From positions 1 through 22,858 of the forward strand of contig JANNSE010000105.1 in NCBI GenBank assembly GCA_031402215.1: 22,858 nucleotides of DNA. Reading direction: 5' to 3'. The notes under the pieces were generated by a model, which did no database searches, was not told the origin of the DNA, and saw nothing but the letters and a program-made list of their open reading frames with translations. The translations under genes were made by a program, and so were the position numbers. The DNA comes from Candidatus Woesearchaeota archaeon (lineage in GTDB: Archaea > Nanobdellota > Nanobdellia > Woesearchaeales > UBA9642). Positions 9,564-16,296 of this stretch are shown here, piece after piece (position 1 is the stretch's first letter; each line of letters opens with the position of its first letter).

Positions 9564-9656
9564 TCTAAAGAAACGACAGAAACCCTTTTCTTTTTAGCGC
9601 AGTGTTTCGGACAACTTTATGTTGTCCTTTAAGTCTTTACTGCATTTTTCTTTAGA
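9564..9656 (-). other. Candidate structured RNA element directly 3' of tRNA-Leu (three nested helices)
   Basis: Outer 10-bp inverted repeat tctaaagaaa (9564-9573) / tttctttaga (9647-9656). Middle helix gcagt (9599-9603) / actgc (9639-9643). Inner 7-bp helix ggacaac (9609-9615) / gttgtcc (9621-9627) with loop tttat. Confidence 0.2.
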
Positions 9657-9660
9657 AAAA

Positions 9661-9744
9661 TGCGGGGAGAAGGATTCGAACCCTCGAAAGCACTAAGCTA
9701 ACAGATCTTGAGTCTGTCCCATTTGGCCACTCTGGAATCCCCGC
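9661..9744 (-). tRNA. tRNA-Leu (anticodon CAA), type II with long variable arm
   Basis: The reverse complement folds by hand into a cloverleaf: acceptor GCGGGGA/TCCCCGC, anticodon stem ACAGA/TCTGT, loop CT-CAA-GA, variable arm TAGCTTAGTGCTTTC, T arm GAGGG-TTCGAAT-CCTTC, discriminator A. No CCA is encoded, and TTTTT follows directly. Confidence 0.9.
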
Positions 9745-9864
9745 GAGCCTTTTTAGAAAAAGCCTCGGGAAAAATAAATGCCGCTAAAGCGGCGTTATCT
9801 CCTGTACTTTAACTATAGAATATAGAACTGTCTAACCATTTATAAAATTATTCGAAAAAAGAAT

Positions 9865-10425
9865 TTATTGAAGTGTTTTTAGCTTCTTCTCGATGTTTGC
9901 CAAGGATTCTTCTAATCTCTCTAGTTCTGTTCTGTCAGGCCTTATTTCAGCTGGTTTTCGTAAAGCAGCAGTCTTTATATTTATAGGCTTGACTTTATCT
10001 GTACTTGGAACATTTGATAAGAAGTGCATATTATATTTAGGTAATTTCTCATTGAATTTTTTATTTAGATATAACAATTCTCTGACACAAGTCTTTAACT
10101 TGTTCATTTCCTCTAATTTTTTTTGTCTTATTAAGACCACTTTATGATGACTTCTTAGACAAAATAATATTTTCCTAGAACTTTCTAATAAATGTCTTCT
10201 ATACTCTAAAGGTTGTCTCAAATAAACAAAATAAGTCTCATGTTCTGGCGTAACTTCAGCTAATTTCTTTTTCTTAAATTGCGTTTTTATCGTCGCAGCT
10301 TTGGCCGATTGAACTACTATCTTATTCAAGTCAGATTTTGTAACTAATCTAATCTTAGCCTTAGCTACAGGCTTTGTTTTTGTACTCGACTTTACTGTCG
10401 CTTTTAAAATAGGTTTCTTACTCAT
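9865..10425 (-). CDS. Coiled-coil protein with Lys-rich basic N-terminal tail (third gene of paralog trio)
   Basis: The ORF track starts at a TTG at 10446. I prefer the ATG at 10425 (MSKKPIL...), which overlaps the upstream stop in ATGAGTAA. The central region (YFVYLRQPLEYRRHLLESSRKILF...LYLNKKFNEKL) keeps the hydrophobic register of the module seen in the two upstream genes. The C-terminal amphipathic helix is ELERLEESLANIEKKLKTLQ. Confidence 0.6.
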   Translation of the reverse strand: MSKKPILKATVKSSTKTKPVAKAKIRLVTKSDLNKIVVQSAKAATIKTQFKKKKLAEVTPEHETYFVYLRQPLEYRRHLLESSRKILFCLRSHHKVVLIRQKKLEEMNKLKTCVRELLYLNKKFNEKLPKYNMHFLSNVPSTDKVKPINIKTAALRKPAEIRPDRTELERLEESLANIEKKLKTLQ

Positions 10426-10642
10426 TTTCGAAAAATGCTGAATCAATGAATGCTAGTCTACGGGATATCTCTGTAACGTTTTTCTCCCACTCTTGCAATT
10501 CTTTGTCTTCTTCTGACTTTAAATCTTTTATTTTGTTGAGTGTTTGTGTTGTCTCTTTTAATTTCTGTTTCATAACATCAACAACGTTTAATACTTCTTT
10601 GTAATCATTAATTTTTACAAATACTGGTAAATTTTTATCCAT
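10418..10642 (-). CDS. Small coiled-coil protein, minimal copy of the shared module
   Basis: 74 aa, with AGGTGAT 4 nt upstream of the ATG (plus strand tcacc at 10647-10651). Sequence: PVFVKINDYKEVLNVVDVMKQKL...RRLAFIDSAFF. Confidence 0.6.
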   Translation of the reverse strand: MDKNLPVFVKINDYKEVLNVVDVMKQKLKETTQTLNKIKDLKSEEDKELQEWEKNVTEISRRLAFIDSAFFENE

Positions 10643-10653
10643 ATAATCACCTT

Positions 10654-11448
10654 TTATTGTGTAAATACTTTTTTATCAACTTGACTTATTCTTCTATATA
10701 AGTATTCCATTTGATCTTTAGCTTGATTTAATAACGGCTCTTCTCTTTTTAACATCTCTTCATACTTATCTAATTGTGAATCTATAGCTCCTAACGTTTT
10801 ATTCATTTGATCTAACTCAGTAAATACTCTACTATATGCTCTTCCACGTATGAATAACTCCATCGGTTTTGGAGTTGGAGAAAAAGCATCTCTAAATGGT
10901 TGTGCCGGTTCTGCGATTGGTTCTGTTGAAAGTGGTTGATTGTCATTTGCATTTTCATCAAATTCAGGTAAATCTGTTTCTCCGAAGTCTGAAGGTGTTG
11001 GTTCTTCAATTTTTTCATCAGGATAAGGATCAAAATTATTCCAATCAGGTTCTTTCCAGTCTGGATCAGTGATGAATAGTTTGTTTAAATCTTCAGGATC
11101 TACAGGTGTTGCTTCTGATGTAGGATTAGATGGAGGTGTTGGCGGAGCCAAATCATTAATTGACGCCCTAGGTCTAGCCATCTGCTCTGGTTCATCATCA
11201 GATGGAGGAAGACTAAAATCAAATGTAGGAACATTAAAAGATATAGACTTAGAATTTTCACCTTGTGACGAGTTATCAAGTGAAGGTAACTGACTAATAT
11301 TACCATAATTTTGCACATTACTACCATCAAAGTTTCCAGCAGAATTACCATCTATAGCCGGTAAGTCAGAAAAAGGTTGTTGATTGTCTGAAGAAGGGAC
11401 TGCAGATTGGTCTGATGCCTTCTTCTTCCAAAAATTAGTTAACCCCAT
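10654..11448 (-). CDS. Protein with N-terminal amphipathic helix, about 185-aa acidic/Pro/aromatic disordered region and C-terminal shared coiled-coil module
   Basis: 264 aa, with GGGGTG SD-like sequence 5 nt upstream of the ATG. The N-terminus is MGLTNFWKKK. The disordered region carries DPDWKEPDWNNFDPYPDE, DFGETDLPEFDE and FDFSLPPSDDEPE. The C-terminus ELFIRGRAYSRVFTELDQMNKTL...YRRISQVDKKVF aligns without gaps to the 74-aa protein. Confidence 0.6.
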   Translation of the reverse strand: MGLTNFWKKKASDQSAVPSSDNQQPFSDLPAIDGNSAGNFDGSNVQNYGNISQLPSLDNSSQGENSKSISFNVPTFDFSLPPSDDEPEQMARPRASINDLAPPTPPSNPTSEATPVDPEDLNKLFITDPDWKEPDWNNFDPYPDEKIEEPTPSDFGETDLPEFDENANDNQPLSTEPIAEPAQPFRDAFSPTPKPMELFIRGRAYSRVFTELDQMNKTLGAIDSQLDKYEEMLKREEPLLNQAKDQMEYLYRRISQVDKKVFTQ

Positions 11449-11600
11449 TCAACACCCCTTTATCTTATAGAAGTACTATTTCAGAACACTATTAAAAGTT
11501 TTCTTATTATTATAGAATGGTAAAAGATTTTTATCGAGAATATTTTAGTCACACAAAAAACTATAACAAAAAATTAATACTAGAAACCATTATGTAGATT

Positions 11601-12659
11601 ATGATTGCTGAAAGCTCTAAAAAAAACACCTTAACAAAACAGTATGAAATAAAAAAATACTATGATACTGTTGGAAACAGCGATAAAATAATTTGCAAAC
11701 TATGCCCTAACAACTGCGTAATATTAGAAAATAAGTCAGGCATGTGTGGCACTAGGATAAATTCTGAAGGAAAATTCTATAGCATAGTTTACGGTCGCCC
11801 ATGTAGCTTACATATAGATCCTATAGAGAAAAAACCATTATATCACTATTATCCTGGGGAAGGCATACTTTCATTAGGAACGTTTGGATGTAATTTGTTT
11901 TGTAAAGGATGTCAAAATTTTGATATTACCAGAACAGATGCAATCACTAGTGTAAAGCATCTAAAGTATTACACTCCAGAAGAAATCATTGAAACGGCTT
12001 TAGAAAATGATATTAAATTAATAGCGTACACATACAATGAGCCGACAATATTTTTTGAATATATGATAGACATAACAAAACTAGCTAAAAAAAACGGAAT
12101 AAAGAACGTTATCGTAAGCAACGGATATATTAATCCTGAGCCATTAAAGGAATTATGCAAATATATTGACGCAGCAAACATAGATATAAAAGGAATAACG
12201 CCCGAATTTTATAGAGAATATAGCAAAGCAAATATTAAACCTATTCTTGAAACAATCAAAACATTGCACAAAAACAACATATGGTTAGAATTAACTAATT
12301 TAATAATACCAGGACTTAATGATGATTCTAAAGACATAACAAAATTGTGCAAATGGATAAAAAGCAATTTAGGCGAGCAAGTACCGCTACATTTTTCTAG
12401 ATTCTACCCACATCATCATGCGTCTAATATAATGCCTACTCCCGCAAAAACATTAGATTACGCAAAACAAATTGCGAGAGAGTGTGGAATAAAATATGTT
12501 TATACAGGAAATTTAGGATTTCTAGATAACACGCACTGCGATAAATGCAAATCTATTCTTATCTCTAGAAATTATAATGGTATTGATATGCAAGAATTAT
12601 CAGGACAAAACAGAAACAGATGTGCTTGTGGAGAAAATCTTCCTGGGATGTTTAAATAA
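11601..12659 (+). CDS. amrS: AmmeMemoRadiSam-system radical SAM enzyme (AmrS; PFL-activase-like)
   Basis: 352 aa. N-terminal Cys cluster CKLCPNNC...MCG, then DPIEKKPLYHYYPG, and the radical SAM motif CNLFCKGCQNFDIT (CX3CX2C). Confidence 0.85.
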   Translation: MIAESSKKNTLTKQYEIKKYYDTVGNSDKIICKLCPNNCVILENKSGMCGTRINSEGKFYSIVYGRPCSLHIDPIEKKPLYHYYPGEGILSLGTFGCNLFCKGCQNFDITRTDAITSVKHLKYYTPEEIIETALENDIKLIAYTYNEPTIFFEYMIDITKLAKKNGIKNVIVSNGYINPEPLKELCKYIDAANIDIKGITPEFYREYSKANIKPILETIKTLHKNNIWLELTNLIIPGLNDDSKDITKLCKWIKSNLGEQVPLHFSRFYPHHHASNIMPTPAKTLDYAKQIARECGIKYVYTGNLGFLDNTHCDKCKSILISRNYNGIDMQELSGQNRNRCACGENLPGMFK

Positions 12660-12675
12660 AAGAATCAAGAACAAG

Positions 12676-12692
12676 TCCGTAAGACGTACGGA
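12676..12692 (+). terminator. Hairpin downstream of amrS (possible terminator)
   Basis: Stem tccgta / tacgga with a 5-nt loop, 17 nt after the stop codon. It is followed by the palindrome tttcgcgaaa (12693-12702). Confidence 0.25.
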
Positions 12693-12756
12693 TTTCGCGA
12701 AATATATTCGATAATTCTATAGACAGACTTATTAAAACAAAATAATTCTACAAAAC

Positions 12757-14130
12757 ATGAAAAAACTTTGTATATTGTTTTTAATGAGTATAATAGTACT
12801 ACATCAAGCTCTTGGTTTTCAAATTACAGAAATAATGTTCAATCCTGACGGAGCAGATAGTGGGAGAGAATGGATTGAAATAGAATTAAACTCGAGCGAA
12901 GAATGTATTAACTTAACAGAATATAAATTGTTTGAAGAAGGAACAAATCACAACATATACGAATCCGCTTCAGACATATTCTGCAAATATGCGATAATAT
13001 CTTCGGATGTAAATAAATTCTTTCAAGAGTACGCGTATATTAACAACACATCAAACGTTGTCGTATACAAAAGCACGTTTAGTTTAAGCAACAGTGGAGA
13101 AAACATTGCCATAAAAAAAGGAAGCGAAATTATTGATGAAATAAATTACACATTATTAATAGAAAACATAAACATCACAGAAGGGTACAGTCTAGAATAT
13201 TATTCTAATTATTGGAGAACCTCTGAATTATTAAACGGAAATCCTGGAGAATTGATTTTTGAAGAGAATGTGTCGGGAAATAATACTGTAATTGAAAACT
13301 CTACAAATATCACGAACACTATAGACGACAACTCGACCAACAACACAATTAATACAACCAACATCACTACAGATAACTATTGTAATATCGCATTAAATAT
13401 TTTAATAAAAAACTCTTCAACAATTTATGAAAATGATGTTTCTATAAAATTTCAAAATAAATTAATGAAAGAAAACTATACAAACATCGACGAAGAATAT
13501 GTTATTGATTATTGGGTTGAAGATTTGTTTGGGAATATTATCAAAAACAAAATCTCTACGAACAATCAAGATGAAAAATCCTTCACGCCAAAGATAGAAG
13601 AGCCGGACAAAATACTTGTTATAAAAAACATGTTGAAAAACATTAGTTGTAATTTATCTAATACTTCTGATGTTAGTGGAGAAAGAATTATTTTAATTAA
13701 AAACAGTAAGTATTCCGAGACCAAGTCTAAGTCGGCAACGTGTCCTGTTTGTAGCAGCAAAGCTACATCGTGCGAACCTTGCATTTGTCTTGATCTACAA
13801 AAAAGCGCACAAAACAACAGTCAGCCATTTATAAAAATAATAAATGTCTGCAACGCTTCTAAAGAATCTAAAGAAACACAAAATAGCGTCACAGAGAATT
13901 CTTTTGAATTAGGCTCGATTCAGATACAAGATTCGCCTTCTAATAACTTGTCTAATAAAAGTCTAGCCTCAAATACAAGTAAAATGACTAGTATGGTAAT
14001 CTATGAATCTCCTAACCTAAAAAATAGACTATATGCGCTAATAGGATTAATACTTGTAGGTCTAATCTGCACAAGCATCATAGTATATAAACTCGCATCT
14101 AAAGTAGCGCGTAACCAAAAAATCGAGTAA
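12757..14130 (+). CDS. Secreted, C-terminally membrane-anchored surface glycoprotein with lamin-tail domain (LTD)
   Basis: 457 aa. Signal peptide MKKLCILFLMSIIVLHQALG. LTD signature ITEIMFNPDGADSGREWIEIELN...NLTEYKL. About 25 N-x-S/T sequons and a Cys cluster (CPVCSSKATSCEPCIC). The C-terminal TM segment LYALIGLILVGLICTSIIVY is followed by a basic tail. Confidence 0.8.
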   Translation: MKKLCILFLMSIIVLHQALGFQITEIMFNPDGADSGREWIEIELNSSEECINLTEYKLFEEGTNHNIYESASDIFCKYAIISSDVNKFFQEYAYINNTSNVVVYKSTFSLSNSGENIAIKKGSEIIDEINYTLLIENINITEGYSLEYYSNYWRTSELLNGNPGELIFEENVSGNNTVIENSTNITNTIDDNSTNNTINTTNITTDNYCNIALNILIKNSSTIYENDVSIKFQNKLMKENYTNIDEEYVIDYWVEDLFGNIIKNKISTNNQDEKSFTPKIEEPDKILVIKNMLKNISCNLSNTSDVSGERIILIKNSKYSETKSKSATCPVCSSKATSCEPCICLDLQKSAQNNSQPFIKIINVCNASKESKETQNSVTENSFELGSIQIQDSPSNNLSNKSLASNTSKMTSMVIYESPNLKNRLYALIGLILVGLICTSIIVYKLASKVARNQKIE

Positions 14131-14196
14131 TAAATCTAAGCGATAGATTTATAAAAAAGATATGGTTTATCTTCTATAGTTTAAGGAAGTGTTTTT

Positions 14197-14793
14197 ATGG
14201 CAGAAGAATCAAAACAATCAAAAGAAGAAAGAGATAAGAATCGTATAGTGTGTAGAGTAATATTTGAGATGGCCGGAAATCCTCAAGAGCACGTAGAAAA
14301 AACTTTTAGAGATTACATCAAAAAAATAAAGGAAGATCCTGAGTACGTTTTCACAAAAGAATATTTTTCCCCTTCTGAAGAGAACGAGGGAATATGGAGT
14401 TTATTCTACGAATCCGAAGTAATCATAGCAAACTTAGAAAAATTAAATGTATTGTGTTTTAATTTAGGCCCTGCTAGTGTAGAAATAATACATCCTGAGA
14501 ACATTACACTTTCAGATAAACAGTTGACAGATATATATACAGATTTTGCATCAAAATTACATGAAGTAGGCATTGTTATAAAAAATGCTACTAATGAAAG
14601 CGACATATTAAAAGTCAATCTTAACAGAGCTATAAGAAATTGTGTAGTATTAGCTTTGAACGAACCTAAAACAGCTAGTGAAATAGCTGAGAAAGTAGGC
14701 GTAGAAGCAGAAAACTTACAACCATTCTTAGAAGCTATGATAAGAGAAAAAAGTTTGGTGAAAGATGGTGAAAAGTATCATAAAAAAAGCTAA
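14197..14793 (+). CDS. Hypothetical protein: N-terminal beta-alpha-beta-beta-alpha-beta (ferredoxin-like pattern) domain plus C-terminal winged helix
   Basis: 198 aa. The C-terminal region NEPKTASEIAEKVGVEAENLQPFLEAMIREKSLVKDGEKY looks like a wHTH. The 3' end overlaps the scpB start by 29 nt. It is not ScpA-like, since the kleisin N-terminal motif is absent. Confidence 0.5.
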   Translation: MAEESKQSKEERDKNRIVCRVIFEMAGNPQEHVEKTFRDYIKKIKEDPEYVFTKEYFSPSEENEGIWSLFYESEVIIANLEKLNVLCFNLGPASVEIIHPENITLSDKQLTDIYTDFASKLHEVGIVIKNATNESDILKVNLNRAIRNCVVLALNEPKTASEIAEKVGVEAENLQPFLEAMIREKSLVKDGEKYHKKS

Positions 14794-16114
14794 GAAAAAT
14801 TCTAAAACAGACGTAAAAAAAGGGCATAAGATACAAGAAGTCAAGAAGAAATTTCCAAAAGCAAAAGTTTTGGAGCAAGTAAAAAAGCCCTTGCCTGTTA
14901 AAAGTCTTCCTAAAAAAATTGTCAAAGAAGATGTTAAAAAAGATAATAAACCATTAGCACAAGTTAGCGAAATAAATTCTTTCAAGGAACTTGAAACTAA
15001 AATTCTAGAAAAATTCGAAGAGAATAAACCAGAATTAAATGCTCTTTTAGATATCAAAGATGATCCTGTAGACGAAATAATAGCTAAAATGGATATTCCT
15101 AAAAAGGAAGTTGAGAAAAAACAATCGGTTAAAAAAGAGCATAAAGAACATTCTGATAAGGAAGATCAAACTAAAGAACATAAAGCGCGTGTTGAAGCAA
15201 TACTGTTCGCCGTGGGTAAATACTTGGATGAAGAGATCATATCACAATTATGTGATTTAGACAAGCGCCACGCGAAAAAAGCTTTAGAAGAGATTAAGAA
15301 AGATTACGATGAACGTGAAACGGCATTAATGATAGTACAAGAAGGTAATAGTTGGAAGATTAATGTTAGAGAAAAATATCTATCTCTGGTCAGAAAAGTC
15401 GTTGCAGATACTGAATTATCAAAATCTATAATGGAAACATTAGCAGTTATAGCATGGAAAACTCCAATATATCAAAATGAGGTCGTAAGAATACGCGGAA
15501 ATAAGTGTTATGATCACATTGCAGAGTTAGAAAATGCGGGATTCGTGACTAAAGACAAAAAAGGAAGAAGTTACGTATTAAAAACTACAGATAAATTCTA
15601 TAATTATTTTGATATAGATCAAAAACAACTTCATGGAGTAATGAGTGAGGCAAAGATGCCTGTAACACAAATGAAATTAGAAGAAGACAAGCCTGAAGAA
15701 GTAACATACAGTAGAGAAAAGTTATTACAAGCATTAGAAACTATTGAAACTAAAAGTATTGTTCAAACAGAGGAAGATAAAGTTGCACAAAAAGAGTTCT
15801 TGGAAAAAATCCATAATAAAATTGATGCTGCATCAAAGAGAACTGATGAAGTTGTAGCAGAAATTCCTAGACCGATGCACGAACAAGTTCACACAGAACC
15901 AACCATCGATCATGTTCCTCCTGAACTAGATACTGATTCGATAACGGAAAAGGGCGAAGATATTGTTATCAATACAGACGTTAACGATGCTGAGCATCAC
16001 TTTCAAAAGCCGGAAGAACAACCGCAAAAGGTTAAGCAGTTAACAAAGAAGCAATTAGAAAAGAAATTTAAAGAGGAACTGCAAAGAGTAAAAGAAAAGA
16101 GTGAAAAAAAGTAA
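14765..16114 (+). CDS. scpB: Segregation and condensation protein B (ScpB) homolog with long Lys-rich N-terminal and charged C-terminal extensions
   Basis: 449 aa, with GGTGA-N3-ATG at 14757-14767. The central core matches the ScpB family: EAILFAVGKYLDEE...LSKSIMETLAVIAWKTPIYQNEVVRIRGNKCYDHIAELENAGFV...GRSYVLKTTDKFYNYFDI. Confidence 0.8.
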   Translation: MVKSIIKKAKKNSKTDVKKGHKIQEVKKKFPKAKVLEQVKKPLPVKSLPKKIVKEDVKKDNKPLAQVSEINSFKELETKILEKFEENKPELNALLDIKDDPVDEIIAKMDIPKKEVEKKQSVKKEHKEHSDKEDQTKEHKARVEAILFAVGKYLDEEIISQLCDLDKRHAKKALEEIKKDYDERETALMIVQEGNSWKINVREKYLSLVRKVVADTELSKSIMETLAVIAWKTPIYQNEVVRIRGNKCYDHIAELENAGFVTKDKKGRSYVLKTTDKFYNYFDIDQKQLHGVMSEAKMPVTQMKLEEDKPEEVTYSREKLLQALETIETKSIVQTEEDKVAQKEFLEKIHNKIDAASKRTDEVVAEIPRPMHEQVHTEPTIDHVPPELDTDSITEKGEDIVINTDVNDAEHHFQKPEEQPQKVKQLTKKQLEKKFKEELQRVKEKSEKK

Positions 16115-16127
16115 AACAGGTGAGCAA

Positions 16128-16286
16128 ATGTTAAAAGTTTCATGTCCAAGATGCAAAAAAATACAAAATTATCAACCAAGAGATAATAAAATAACAGATA
16201 AAATTAAAGTCTGCGTCTATTGCGGGTGCTCATTTAAAGTTCATTCCGGTCCTAATGATAGTAGGATTATTGAAAAGAAAAAGTAG
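16128..16286 (+). CDS. Small zinc-ribbon protein (DUF1922-like)
   Basis: The ORF track starts at a GTG at 16101. I prefer the ATG at 16128, which is preceded by AGGTGA-N4 (16118-16123). Has CPRCKK...CVYCG, 52 aa. Confidence 0.5.
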   Translation: MLKVSCPRCKKIQNYQPRDNKITDKIKVCVYCGCSFKVHSGPNDSRIIEKKK

Positions 16287-16296
16287 TTTATTAGTT

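Noticed and set aside
9651-9761. Integrated mobile element using tRNA-Leu as an att site, suggested by the 10-bp direct repeats
   Set aside because: The repeats bracket only the 84-nt tRNA itself. No integrase or foreign cargo is adjacent, and an AT-rich 10-mer can recur by chance.
10418-10642. SepF-like assignment for the 74-aa protein, and for the MGL... N-terminus of the 264-aa protein
   Set aside because: Only the first strand-helix (VFVKINDYKEVL) and the N-terminal amphipathic helix are reminiscent of SepF. The remainder is coiled coil, not the SepF alpha/beta core.
14197-14793. Calling the 198-aa protein ScpA because of its position upstream of scpB
   Set aside because: The kleisin/ScpA N-terminal helical motif is not present, and the domain pattern differs. 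It is kept as hypothetical and flagged as a finding instead.
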